Positions 1 through 9,961 of a DNA stretch of 64,000 bases are shown piece by piece. Position 1 is the stretch's first letter, and each line of letters starts with the position of its first letter. The position numbers and the translations under genes are program-made. The notes beneath the pieces are model-generated. The model saw nothing but the letters and a program-made list of their open reading frames with translations, was not told the DNA's origin and ran no database searches. The DNA comes from a plasmid. The stretch lies in the sequence record NZ_KX832927.1. One strand, written 5' to 3'.

Positions 1-3000
1 GTCGTAAGCGACAACACTGACCGCTTCGGTGTACTTTTCCGCACCTGAGTTGACGTTCACCACCTTGGCCCGAACCTGGTACTCCCCCTTGTCGAAGGTC
101 TTCACAAGCTGATACTTGTATCGATCTTCTGGGATGAACTGCTCCCAGGTTTTACCGTCGTCCTTACTGGTTTCCCACACAACCTGGCCGGTAGCCCGGA
201 GATCCTGACGGTCGTCCAAAGATAGCTTGAACACAGCAGTGAACGGAGCTTCACCAGACAACTTGCGAGCCTCCACGCCAGCACCGATGGCACCACCACG
301 AAGCACTGTCAAGAAGGCAGGTCTGATAGACAACTCTGTGCGGTTGTAACCCTCAACAGGGCTTTCCAGAACAGCCTCAGCAGCGATACGGACGGAGGAA
401 GTATCCACACCAGACAGGTCTACTGAGAACTGAGCTTCACCGTTCGATGCTTCCGCATAATCAGTGAGCGCAACCGTCTCGTTGTAGGCCTTTTGCTGGA
501 TCAGGCGTACTTTCCACACCCCCATCGTGTTAGCGTCATAGTCACCATCAGGTTTGTACTGATCACGGATGAGAACCCTAACCGGCAATGCCTGGGTGTC
601 AATCGCGGTATCACCTTTAACTTCAACGATAGGACGGATACTGTCAGAAGGTGCAGAGATAGCCCGGTAGACAACCTCAGTCTTCACATCAGGCACCTTG
701 TTGTAGGCCGCGTTCACCTTGTAGGTGGTCTCCTCCCACAACGCTCGCTCATCGGTATTGATGCGGCGATACACCTTATTGGTGGCACCCCATCCCGGAG
801 TGAAGGTCTCAGACTCAAGAACATCAGAGTTGCGCGATATGGCAATATCCAGATCAGCTCGTTCAGAGTTGATAATGGCATCACCCAGGTAGTTACCTGT
901 CATCGGCACCAAGTAGATGTTGTCTTTGAAGTTGTAGTCGGAGGCTAGTTCAACGGTCGGAGCTGGTGGGTCAACCGCTTCGACATTGAAAGTCTCGTCG
1001 TTCAACGTCACCCGAGTGCCGTTACGGGTGAAAATACTTACCCGCCACCCCAGAGGGTGATCACCGTTCTCGGCCAGGGAACCTGACAACGAAGGAGATT
1101 CCGATAACGGGTCTTGGACCAGTCCATCGGGGATCTGCTGCCACTCGAACAGACAGGTGCGGCTTGCACTGCCAACAGCTTTGTTCGCGGCCTCGTTTTT
1201 CGCACGGTCAGCACTGAGAGTGATTGAACAATCAGGACCTTTGCTCTGCTTGAAGTTCACATCAAAGTCTTCAATGACGCGATTCACCTGAGCAATGTCA
1301 TCAATCGGGGTGTAACCAACAGAGCCATAGGCAGTAGTTACCGTCAGGTTCTGAGAGCCAGACCCAACTTTTACCTTGGAACCGTCACCACTGAACAGGT
1401 ACAGGCTGTATTCGACAGGTTGTTCACCAATGCTCACAGCCTGCCCCACCAGCCCGGCAACTTTCATCCCGTTGTTGTCCTGCGTAGTTTGTTCAGCCTC
1501 ATCCGGAGTTCTGTCCCATTGGAGCAAACACACCGGGTCACGAATTGGGTCTGCGGCCATAGCCACATCCTCTTTCGTGGTGAACCGGCAAGGCACACCC
1601 GACTCTGGCAGGGCATAGATTTTCACCGGGTCAATAACCTGGCGAATTGTCCATGATTCAGCCGAGAGCTTGGCCGTCCCTTTCCAGGTATTGATGTCCA
1701 CAACCAAGATGGGTGAGTTCGGCGCGGAGGTCATGACAAGAAGACTGGAAGAGCCGACCACATCAGGAACAGCCGGTTTAACCGGAATGCTCAAACGACC
1801 ACCTGACGCACCGAAATCATGTTGGCTCATGATCCCCATTGTCTGGCCCGGCTCGATACGCACCCCATTCACCACCAGCGGCACTTTCGCATCAGAACGG
1901 AGGGTCGCAAACACGTCGTATGAACCTGTCACGACAGCACCATCACTGAGCGTCAGCGGCTTGGTCTCGATGATCCGCTTGCCATCTGCATGAACAAATT
2001 CATGAGTGACAGCGGGGACCATAACCTTGCCATCCATCCCATCCGCCAGCATCACCTGACGCGGTTTGTACTCGAAGCCAACCGCCTTTTGAACCGCGTT
2101 GCCTTGTGCGTCCTCACCGGAAACAGTCAGCGTGTAAGATTCCCCTTCCTTCAAAGACGGGAACATTACCGGGTACTCAAGGCGGAATCGACCTTTCGAC
2201 TCCTCACGCCAAGACAACTGCACCTTGTCATCGGCTGGGCCTCCGACGAGGGCAATAGAGGTCAGCTTAGGACTCGGGTCGGCAGTATCAGTCAAGGTGA
2301 TTACAACATCATCCAAAGACTGGATTGGTGCTCCATCACTGATCGATACGGTTAGTGTCGGCGCTGAATTATCTATGCTCATAGCATATTGGGAGCCAGT
2401 GAATACCTGCTTAACCTCATTACCGAAAGCATCTTTAGCTACGAGAGATATGCCGGTATATGTGCCCTCTGACAGATTCTCAGCAGAAAATGTGAAAAAC
2501 CAATCATTTGTGCTACTACGAAGAACTTCAGTACGAGACAACGGACGTTCTTCGCCAGTCGAGGTTATCGCAGACGCACTTGAGTTGTTAGAAATAACCC
2601 ACTGGTTAACACCCCAACCGTCAAATGAATCAGGCTCACGGAAATGAGCTTTAAAAATCCGCCCATTTCGTTCTAACCCAGCAATTTCAGGAGGGTTAAG
2701 GTCATAGCAGAACGTTGCCCCAATCCGATCAGACGGAAGTTCAGGCTTCCCTTCCGGTCGAGACCAATATCCAGGCCATGAACATGAGCGCCCACTGAAC
2801 GATATATCCGTATCCACTTCTGCATAAGAAGCATTTGCCGGAATTTTAGTAGTAGGCAACCAAGATCCCCATAACTCCTGAGCGTAAGGTCTCGGCTCAA
2901 CATGAAATCTCAGTTTTTTATAATGGTTAACTGAGCTCATATTAATGGTTTCACCGCGGACCCACTGACCATCATCCCTAAGATATTCAACATACTTACC

Positions 3001-4170
3001 GATGGGAGCCAAGCTAACCGATGGATCAGCTTTCACACTGACGGATGTATTACCAAGAGAGTTCATAACCCAGTCGTAAATAATAAACGACTTAGTTTTT
3101 GTCCCATGTTGCTGGAATACATCAGCTTGCGTCTGCCGATAATCATATGTACCGTCTTCGGCAATGATATTGCCTTCAATACAGTTTTTATAATCACACC
3201 AGTTACCGCTTTGAGCACCGTAAGGTGAAGAAGGATAGGAGTTTGTTTTGGGTATCCGGTAGAGCACCCTGTAGGTATCGGAATAAATGGTCATTCCGTT
3301 CTGATAAGGCGCAAAACCTGATAGGGCCTGACCATTAACCTTAAAAGTTGAGGCCTGCGGGTTCTTAGGGTCATACACTGCTACTGGCTCAGGATTCTCT
3401 CCAGACTTTGCACCTACTGAATCCCAAGCAATAGGATAGGCTATTGACCCTTTGTTCCCTGCTTTATCCAGGGCCTCGAAATGAAGCGTATATAGATCCT
3501 CCCCATTAGGGAACACAGTGCTCCAGTTCAACAACTGGCCTTGGCCGTTGGCGTAATTAACCGAGACAACAGGACTCCTCTTGCCTTTGCTATCTACAGC
3601 ATACGCCTGTATAGAGGAAACCGAAGAACCGGCATCAGATGCAGACACATCTATACCTGAAAATCGGTTAGGACCTCGCAGTAGCGTTCCATCAGAAAGC
3701 GCCCGGTTCCATTCCCCTTTTACTGTCACGTTTGCCAAACTTGGCGCTGTCGTATCGACTTGAAGCGGGTATTCATCAGTCTGAACGGAACTTCCGTCTG
3801 ACGCCAGTATTTCGGCCCTTAGTTTGTAGACTCCCTCGGAAGGAGCCGGTAGTTGAAGTTCCGCACCATAGTAGGATTTTCCACCCACTGTGATGCGATC
3901 AGTAGCCCCAAGAAGGTGGCTGGTCGCTGTCGAAACCACTGTTCCATCCGACCGAATCACCGAAATCTTTACCTTTCGGTCGATACCGGCACTCAAGGCA
4001 AACGAGATATTGCCCGTTGGGTTGGCATAGTTGGCATTCGGAGTCAGAGACCGTTGCGTACCATCTGGAGCCTTAAAGGTGTATTCCAGCAGCTCTGCAT
4101 GAGCAGCACCAGCGGTAAGAACCGCCAGAGCCCCAAGCATCGCCGGAATTTTAGGCTTGAAATTGATCAT
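1..4170 (-). CDS. Large secreted protein, N-terminal part (at least 1390 codons). ATG at complement of 4168-4170; the C-terminus lies beyond the window start.
   Basis: Reverse translation from 4170 begins MINFKPKIPAMLGALAVLTAGAAHAELLEY, a signal peptide. Spot checks at 1-60 and 2401-2460 are stop-free in this frame. The region has only short plus-strand shadow ORFs and no competing minus-strand ORF. A Shine-Dalgarno-like ggagaatg precedes the ATG. Confidence 0.5.
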   Translation of the reverse strand, partial: MINFKPKIPAMLGALAVLTAGAAHAELLEYTFKAPDGTQRSLTPNANYANPTGNISFALSAGIDRKVKISVIRSDGTVVSTATSHLLGATDRITVGGKSYYGAELQLPAPSEGVYKLRAEILASDGSSVQTDEYPLQVDTTAPSLANVTVKGEWNRALSDGTLLRGPNRFSGIDVSASDAGSSVSSIQAYAVDSKGKRSPVVSVNYANGQGQLLNWSTVFPNGEDLYTLHFEALDKAGNKGSIAYPIAWDSVGAKSGENPEPVAVYDPKNPQASTFKVNGQALSGFAPYQNGMTIYSDTYRVLYRIPKTNSYPSSPYGAQSGNWCDYKNCIEGNIIAEDGTYDYRQTQADVFQQHGTKTKSFIIYDWVMNSLGNTSVSVKADPSVSLAPIGKYVEYLRDDGQWVRGETINMSSVNHYKKLRFHVEPRPYAQELWGSWLPTTKIPANASYAEVDTDISFSGRSCSWPGYWSRPEGKPELPSDRIGATFCYDLNPPEIAGLERNGRIFKAHFREPDSFDGWGVNQWVISNNSSASAITSTGEERPLSRTEVLRSSTNDWFFTFSAENLSEGTYTGISLVAKDAFGNEVKQVFTGSQYAMSIDNSAPTLTVSISDGAPIQSLDDVVITLTDTADPSPKLTSIALVGGPADDKVQLSWREESKGRFRLEYPVMFPSLKEGESYTLTVSGEDAQGNAVQKAVGFEYKPRQVMLADGMDGKVMVPAVTHEFVHADGKRIIETKPLTLSDGAVVTGSYDVFATLRSDAKVPLVVNGVRIEPGQTMGIMSQHDFGASGGRLSIPVKPAVPDVVGSSSLLVMTSAPNSPILVVDINTWKGTAKLSAESWTIRQVIDPVKIYALPESGVPCRFTTKEDVAMAADPIRDPVCLLQWDRTPDEAEQTTQDNNGMKVAGLVGQAVSIGEQPVEYSLYLFSGDGSKVKVGSGSQNLTVTTAYGSVGYTPIDDIAQVNRVIEDFDVNFKQSKGPDCSITLSADRAKNEAANKAVGSASRTCLFEWQQIPDGLVQDPLSESPSLSGSLAENGDHPLGWRVSIFTRNGTRVTLNDETFNVEAVDPPAPTVELASDYNFKDNIYLVPMTGNYLGDAIINSERADLDIAISRNSDVLESETFTPGWGATNKVYRRINTDERALWEETTYKVNAAYNKVPDVKTEVVYRAISAPSDSIRPIVEVKGDTAIDTQALPVRVLIRDQYKPDGDYDANTMGVWKVRLIQQKAYNETVALTDYAEASNGEAQFSVDLSGVDTSSVRIAAEAVLESPVEGYNRTELSIRPAFLTVLRGGAIGAGVEARKLSGEAPFTAVFKLSLDDRQDLRATGQVVWETSKDDGKTWEQFIPEDRYKYQLVKTFDKGEYQVRAKVVNVNSGAEKYTEAVSVVAYD

Positions 4171-4370
4171 CGCATTCTCCATTCGTTTTGAGTTACAAGA
4201 ACCCAATGCTGGAGGTTACGGGAGGGAGTGCATAAACATGGGCTGTGGAAGTGCCCTTTTTGAGCAAATAAGGAAATAGTTGGAATTTGTTATGACTGGA
4301 CTTTTTGCCAAAAAATAAGGGCAGCTTTTAGGCTGCCCCTATCACCCGTTGATTAACGGCAAGGTGTCTT

Positions 4371-4763
4371 TTACACCCCCAGGCCATTGCTGAGTTGCAC
4401 AACAGCCGGGATGACCTTCTCTGCATGTTCCAGAGTAGCAGACATGATGGATTCCACTACGGTCGGGGAGTTGTACAGGCCCATACCGCCACCGATACCC
4501 ATAGCGAAAGCCATGAGGCTCTGGCGAGCGATACCACCAACAACACCGACCAGGATCATCGCACCCGCAACGATTCGACCCAAAGTACCTTGGGTCCAAT
4601 CCTTGAGAGTTACCCATACGTCGTCAAACGCTGTACCACCAGTACCAGCGTGGGCCTGATCCGGCACGAGCAGGAAGGCTACCACCATCAACCCCAGGAA
4701 GAGGAAGAGTGCGTTGTTTTTACTTGAGGCATTCGCCAACTGATTTGCGTTCATCAAGAACAT
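4371..4763 (-). CDS. traA: F-type propilin TraA
   Basis: 130 aa with a long leader followed by a hydrophobic pilin core (FLFLGLMVVAFLL...AGAMILVGVVGGI). It is the last gene of the traLEKBVA block. Confidence 0.7.
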   Translation of the reverse strand: MFLMNANQLANASSKNNALFLFLGLMVVAFLLVPDQAHAGTGGTAFDDVWVTLKDWTQGTLGRIVAGAMILVGVVGGIARQSLMAFAMGIGGGMGLYNSPTVVESIMSATLEHAEKVIPAVVQLSNGLGV

Positions 4764-4766
4764 CTC

Positions 4767-5345
4767 CTATTTGGTTGTTTCAGACTTCGGTTCGTGTTGT
4801 ACCGTTTGCAGCGGTCTCAAAACTGGCTCACTTTGCGGTGTGCCATCCCCAATCACCCACCTGCGCGGTTCGATTTCGGTATAGACATACCCTGTCACGA
4901 TGAGATCACCATTGGTGTCCTCCCAGGGAGCTACCCAAATCCGCATAACCTGTGCTGGTGTACGAATTGGAATCGGGCGATCCGGAAGACGCGGTGCGAC
5001 ATAGTTGTCAATCACCGGGTCTCCGGAGCTAGATGAGTTCGCTGAAACGTTTGAGGAACCTTCGCCATCCGCTTCCGCTTTGGCCTCGACTTCCTCTGGT
5101 TTCATTGGGCGCGGGACATTTCCGTCATTGGTTGCGGCGTAAACGTCTCGCGCTGACATACACTGAACACCATTCGGCATTCCCGGACAGCTATACTCAT
5201 CCTTGCCGATGTTGAACGTCGAACAGCCCGACAAAATAAGTAGCGCTGCACCCACCCCCAACATCTTTGCGGATCTTACTGCCTGTTCCTTTTGAGCCTC
5301 GCCTCTGGAACTGCCCTTTCTGGTCAAAATGTTCAAATTTTTCAT
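4767..5345 (-). CDS. traV: TraV lipoprotein (outer-membrane pilus assembly)
   Basis: 192 aa with a lipobox LILSGCS near the N-terminus. Its position between traB and traA matches the F-like gene order. Confidence 0.65.
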   Translation of the reverse strand: MKNLNILTRKGSSRGEAQKEQAVRSAKMLGVGAALLILSGCSTFNIGKDEYSCPGMPNGVQCMSARDVYAATNDGNVPRPMKPEEVEAKAEADGEGSSNVSANSSSSGDPVIDNYVAPRLPDRPIPIRTPAQVMRIWVAPWEDTNGDLIVTGYVYTEIEPRRWVIGDGTPQSEPVLRPLQTVQHEPKSETTK

Positions 5346-6658
5346 TTCTTGGTTCCCCCGGTGGAACGAATTTGTAGCTTGGTTCCTTTGGTCACGATGA
5401 TGTCTACCTGACGGCCAGCATCGACCTCGATAACGGGGAAGATGCCTTCGGCCATGTCGATATAGAACTGAGCGATGCGATCTAGCGCCTTACTGGCCCC
5501 CTTCACTGCTGCTCCCTGCAACATCTGGTCGGAGAACACAGACTGGTACTGGGTATTTGAGCCAGGGTTAGTGCTGACGACCGGCACAGGATTGACGTCA
5601 AAGGCTTCGGAAACGCCACCAAGGAAGCCTGCCATCAAGCTCTTGGCGATGATTTGCCCCTGCTTCGATACGACGCGACCACGGACACCGGCCTTACCGT
5701 CTTCACCCACTGCATAGGAATCCAGCTTCGCTTCTATGACCCCCCCATCATCCCGAACGCACGAGAAGGTCTCGCCACGCAGGTACGCTCGCTCTGAACT
5801 GAGATCTCCATAGCCTGAAACAATCAGGAAGCACTCACGAACATCCGCACGGAAGCGGTTAGGCAAAATAGCCTCTTTCTGAATCCTGAGGGTCGAAGGG
5901 AACGGATCTCGACGAGCACCTTGAGATGTTGGTGCGTCCATACCGTTGATGAGCACCCCTGTCAGGATGGAGCCAGAAGGTAGGTAGATAGACTCATCAT
6001 CCTTGTTGTCCTTCTCTTCAACTTCTGGCGCTTTCTGCGAGTAGCTCACTATTTGGATGCCTGGTTTAGTTGCATCACGACCGTCTCCCTTGCCAGTTGC
6101 AGGAGCCCCACCCTTCGAGTCAGGAAGCGGTGCGTCCCGAAAAAAGGATGCTGGATCTTTGTAGTCGAGCTTTTTCTCCATGAACTGACCATCACCACCA
6201 GATGCACCATTAACATCGGCTCTGGCATCCTCTGATGAAGAGGATGTTTTTCCACCAGCAGCGCCGGTTTCGACTTTCTTAGCCAATTCCATGTTCTTCT
6301 GGGTCAGGCGGTCCAAATCTTGACGAAGGCGGGTCATCTCACGGCCAACATCACTGGATTTCCCGGCAGTGGTTTTGGTTTCCTCCAGCTCTTTCTTGAC
6401 TCGTTCCAGCTCCTTTTTCAGGTCGGAGTTTTCACGAGACACCATCTTCACATCGGCAGACAACGAATCTATCCCGATCTCACGGGTGTTTTTGTCTGTG
6501 AGAACGTGCTTGATGGTTTCTTGGCGACCGCGCTTCTCTTCTTTCTTGGGTTCACCAGAGAACATTGTCACGACCGCAAAAAGAACGAAGACGCCGCCAG
6601 CGATAGACACCCAACGCTTCTTGTTGGGGTCTAACTGTGTCCAAAATCGCTTAATCAT
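5342..6658 (-). CDS. traB: TraB (VirB10-like T4SS core protein)
   Basis: 438 aa with an N-terminal transmembrane segment, a coiled-coil/charged region and a C-terminal beta domain. It overlaps traK and traV by 4 bp. Confidence 0.65.
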   Translation of the reverse strand: MIKRFWTQLDPNKKRWVSIAGGVFVLFAVVTMFSGEPKKEEKRGRQETIKHVLTDKNTREIGIDSLSADVKMVSRENSDLKKELERVKKELEETKTTAGKSSDVGREMTRLRQDLDRLTQKNMELAKKVETGAAGGKTSSSSEDARADVNGASGGDGQFMEKKLDYKDPASFFRDAPLPDSKGGAPATGKGDGRDATKPGIQIVSYSQKAPEVEEKDNKDDESIYLPSGSILTGVLINGMDAPTSQGARRDPFPSTLRIQKEAILPNRFRADVRECFLIVSGYGDLSSERAYLRGETFSCVRDDGGVIEAKLDSYAVGEDGKAGVRGRVVSKQGQIIAKSLMAGFLGGVSEAFDVNPVPVVSTNPGSNTQYQSVFSDQMLQGAAVKGASKALDRIAQFYIDMAEGIFPVIEVDAGRQVDIIVTKGTKLQIRSTGGTKK

Positions 6659-7572
6659 TGGGCACCTCCCAGCAGCGATGGACGCTTAGACGTTGGTGCG
6701 AGACCACGCTTCTGCTTCTTCGCCACATAGATCTCCGTCTTCTGGCCGGGCTCAAGCACGTTAAGCGGCCACGTAGTCACCGCAGCCACATCCCAGCTCC
6801 CACACAACGCCTCTTTGAACTCAATAGGCTGATCAGAGACGTTCAGGGCGACACCGATGAACACGTTAAGGTGGTGGCCCATCATGTATTGCCCCTTGCT
6901 AAAATCCACCTTTACCCCAGGATGAGCGCAGCTCGGCACCGCAGCACCAGCAGGGATGCGGTTCAACGTGTAACCTTGAGGGACTTCACCAAGAGCAATC
7001 TTTCGGAATACTGACCGGATGGTTTCGACATAAGGCTGGCTCTGTTCCCAGGTCTCAGCCTTGGTATTGGCAAAAGCACCAGTGATACCTACACCACCAT
7101 CGAGCTTGAGAAAGACTTCTCTGGGCGGAATACGACGGGGAACCATCGTCAGGCTGAGAGCTTGGGCTTCCGAGCCTTTTTCAGTAATGAACATAGTCAC
7201 CGGATACTGCTTATCCGTGGCGACATAGACCACATTCTCTTTGATGCAGACCTCACCACACTGGCCGTTATCCGTCGCCCCGGTCAGAGATGTTGAAACG
7301 ATCTCAGGATTGCTGAAAGGCGTGACGATTCGGTTCGGATGACCAACGGCTATCGGGATGATCTGGTTAACCCCCGGCTTCATCGTCAGTAAGGGGTTTT
7401 CATTCATGCTGCCCACAACCTCATGGGAGCTTTGTCCTGACGTCACAGGGGCAGGAACATCCTTTTTCATAACACTGGCCGGGACAACAGGAATGTCATC
7501 CGAGGCATAGGCCATTGAAGTTCCAAGCGCCAAGGACAGCGCCAGGAGCGAAAGTTTAGCGTTGTTCTTCAT
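6655..7572 (-). CDS. traK: TraK (secretin-like T4SS protein)
   Basis: 305 aa with a signal peptide (MKNNAKLSLLALSLALGTSMAYA). Its start is translationally coupled to the traE stop. Confidence 0.6.
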   Translation of the reverse strand: MKNNAKLSLLALSLALGTSMAYASDDIPVVPASVMKKDVPAPVTSGQSSHEVVGSMNENPLLTMKPGVNQIIPIAVGHPNRIVTPFSNPEIVSTSLTGATDNGQCGEVCIKENVVYVATDKQYPVTMFITEKGSEAQALSLTMVPRRIPPREVFLKLDGGVGITGAFANTKAETWEQSQPYVETIRSVFRKIALGEVPQGYTLNRIPAGAAVPSCAHPGVKVDFSKGQYMMGHHLNVFIGVALNVSDQPIEFKEALCGSWDVAAVTTWPLNVLEPGQKTEIYVAKKQKRGLAPTSKRPSLLGGAQ

Positions 7573-8182
7573 GCTTTCTCCGGTTTTCTTCTTTGCGCTG
7601 GAGTTGCTCCAAAACAGTTTTGGTGCGTGGCTTTCCTACATAGGTGTCGATGTAGTCCAGCACGGGCGCGTAGTTTGAAATCTTGATGGCGAACTCGTAG
7701 GAGCGTTCGCTACGCTCTTCGTTAGAAGAAGCCCCTTTGACGTAGGAATATCCGTAGACAAACACCTTGTCGCTCTTGGGCTCGTACTCAACAAAACGCG
7801 GCTCAAACCGCATGGTTACGCGGTCGTTCTTGATCTGTTGAGCTTGAATTTCGATGGCATCAATCACGTCCTGATAGATGCTCGGGGAGAGAAGCGGGGT
7901 GATCCGTTCTTTCACAAAGTCAACGGTTCCTGGCGTCACATTGCCAAGGAGCTGAGCAAAAGCGAAACCCCAAGCCTCTTTATAGGACTGAGAGGCGTTA
8001 TTTTTCGTCACCCAGGCTTCTTCCGTGAGCGTGAAAGGCTGGATAGTGACGATGGTTTCCTTGCTGAATACTTGGACCACCAGCAGGAAAACGATAGCAA
8101 TAAGACCACCCTGGAAGATTCGTCCCCACTTATTTTCTGTTTGGGTCCCTTCCCAGGTCTTGAGATACTTTTTCAGGTTCAA
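7556..8182 (-). CDS. traE: TraE (F-type pilus assembly inner-membrane protein)
   Basis: 208 aa with a single N-terminal transmembrane segment (GGLIAIVFLLVVQVF), typical of TraE/VirB5-region proteins of MPF-F systems. Confidence 0.65.
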   Translation of the reverse strand: MNLKKYLKTWEGTQTENKWGRIFQGGLIAIVFLLVVQVFSKETIVTIQPFTLTEEAWVTKNNASQSYKEAWGFAFAQLLGNVTPGTVDFVKERITPLLSPSIYQDVIDAIEIQAQQIKNDRVTMRFEPRFVEYEPKSDKVFVYGYSYVKGASSNEERSERSYEFAIKISNYAPVLDYIDTYVGKPRTKTVLEQLQRKEENRRKHEEQR

Positions 8183-8560
8183 GGCAAATACCTCCGGACA
8201 AACGGATTCTTGAGAGATTTGGCCTTGGTCATGATGAACCCGGCCCAGTAGATCATGTGGAGCAGGTATCCATCCGGATGGTTATCCCTGAATCGGCGAT
8301 AAAGGTTGGTTACAAGTAACCCCCCAGAAAGCAGATCAGGGCCTTACCGATGATGACCCCTATCGTTAGCCCCAAAAGCATCGGGGCCAACTCATCTGCG
8401 CTCCACAACAGCAGATGCGGGGGCTCATCGACCCGGCGCGGTATCTTTACAGGCTTCATAGCAACCCTCTTCTTTTCCTAGTGGCCTGTATTCTCATTCA
8501 GGGTCACTGATTTTCTGCCACGGCTTCGCGCCCTTTTCGGGCACTTCCAGCGACAAATAA

Positions 8561-8589
8561 AAAAAGGCGGCCTAAGCCGCCTTTTTTGC
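8561..8589 (-). terminator. Rho-independent terminator-like hairpin (aggcggc-ctaa-gccgcct plus a T/A run)
   Basis: GC-rich perfect stem flanked by A and T runs, so potentially bidirectional. Located 3' of the 8604 gene. Confidence 0.45.
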
Positions 8590-8603
8590 GTTTACTGGAT
8601 CGG

Positions 8604-8981
8604 TTATTGATTTTGAGGAACCGCTTCCGAATGTTTTTCCGAAGCCGCAACGCTAACTTCATTGGCTGGTCGGGCCACCCCCAGAGTTTTCACTTCCTTG
8701 TTAGCATTGGCTTTAAACTTGAACATCAGACTGTACGCCGCCAGCAGGAAGAAGCTGAGAATGCCCCAGTAGGTCTGAACCGTGCCCAGAGCCTTGGCCG
8801 GGTCACTTGCAGCTCTGTTGGCCGTATCAGCAGCCAACTTAACCCACTGACTCCAGTCAAAACCTGCCGCAAAAGCAGACAGCCAAAACGCGACGGCCAC
8901 TGGAACGATGAAGATGCACATCAGCACCGCGTTCATCAAAAACCAGAAAAATTGTTTATTAAGGTTCACACTTCCTCCCAT
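8604..8981 (-). CDS. TraL-like small membrane protein
   Basis: 125 aa with two transmembrane segments. It sits immediately upstream of traE in an F-like operon. Confidence 0.4.
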   Translation of the reverse strand: MGGSVNLNKQFFWFLMNAVLMCIFIVPVAVAFWLSAFAAGFDWSQWVKLAADTANRAASDPAKALGTVQTYWGILSFFLLAAYSLMFKFKANANKEVKTLGVARPANEVSVAASEKHSEAVPQNQ

Positions 8982-9255
8982 TAACCTAGAAAATTGAATG
9001 CGTGTTCCAGGTTCATCCCTGCAACAACACCTATAACGAACATCACCTGCCAGACAAGGAACTGCCAGGAGATGAATGAACCAGATGAGCTTTCTCTGAC
9101 GTGAGCTTGTGCGGACATAGACCCTCCAAATAACTTGTCGTCATCACGGAGTAATCGTCTCTTAATTGATCAATCTAGGAACAGTGCTGTTACGGCCCAT
9201 TTTGGGCACTTTATGGAGGTTTATTCGAGGAGATGATAAGAGCGGGAGGCGAAAA

Positions 9256-9273
9256 ACTTTCACATGTGAAAGT
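9256..9273. promoter_or_regulatory. 18-bp perfect palindrome ACTTTCACATGTGAAAGT, candidate operator or parS-like site, copy 1
   Basis: Exact inverted repeat. The same 18-mer is at 37502-37519, and a 17/18 copy is at 40896-40913 just upstream of parA. Confidence 0.5.
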
Positions 9274-9275
9274 TC

Positions 9276-9298
9276 AAAGCGGCCAATGGCCGCTTGTT
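9276..9298 (-). terminator. Hairpin gcggcc-aatg-gccgc 3' of the 9299 gene
   Basis: Stem-loop followed by a T-rich tract on the minus strand. Confidence 0.4.
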
Positions 9299-9961
9299 TC
9301 ACACTGTTCTATTGTAACGGAGTTCTCGATAAGCATCCCATGCTTGCTCTGATGAGACACCTCGACAACCAACATCTGTGGCGCACTCAAGGTCCATCTT
9401 GTACTGCTTAACCTTCTGGTCTGCTGTATCGCCCCAGCTCATGGCTGATGGGTACTTGGAAACACTAAACACATTTTCAAGTTCAGCCTGATAGTCGTCG
9501 TTTTGTAACAGAGGTTCGGTTTCACCATCATCCCAGCGAATGTAAGCCTTACCCTGGAGAGCCTTCAAATGCAAAGGCACCAGTAAGGTGGAAATCACTT
9601 CGTCAGCCCTGATGTCTTTGTAAGCACACCAGTGAGGTTTAACGGTGATCACACCATTTACCAAAACGATGTCACACGCCAGTGTCGCTTCAACATTATC
9701 GTTAACATCCTGCCGAGCGTAGATCTCCACGAAACCAACCTGCTCTGGAACAACCTTGTCGATGAAGCTCCAAAAGCTGGGGTACGACGTTCCATCGCTG
9801 AGCGTCAACTGACCGTCATGCTCTTTCAGCATACGGTTCAGTTGTGCAGTGAAGAACTCTGCCGACACTTTTCTTGCCAATGGTTCCATATCACTCAGTC
9901 GTAGAGTGGCTCCTGCCCCCCCCTCATACACCTCTCCAAAAAAGAAATCTCTCTTACGCAT
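9299..9961 (-). CDS. Conserved hypothetical protein of the tra region
   Basis: 220-aa ORF coupled to the upstream 9961 gene. No recognisable motif. Confidence 0.4.
   Translation of the reverse strand: MRKRDFFFGEVYEGGAGATLRLSDMEPLARKVSAEFFTAQLNRMLKEHDGQLTLSDGTSYPSFWSFIDKVVPEQVGFVEIYARQDVNDNVEATLACDIVLVNGVITVKPHWCAYKDIRADEVISTLLVPLHLKALQGKAYIRWDDGETEPLLQNDDYQAELENVFSVSKYPSAMSWGDTADQKVKQYKMDLECATDVGCRGVSSEQAWDAYRELRYNRTV

Noticed and set aside
493-4191. Numerous plus-strand ORFs of 60-150 aa listed in the ORF track (493..948, 1670..1993, 1990..2355, 2225..2647, 3853..4191 and others)
   Set aside because: All lie antisense within the single long minus-strand reading frame 1-4170. I checked that frame stop-free at several points, and it has a signal peptide and RBS. 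The plus-strand ORFs are shadow ORFs.
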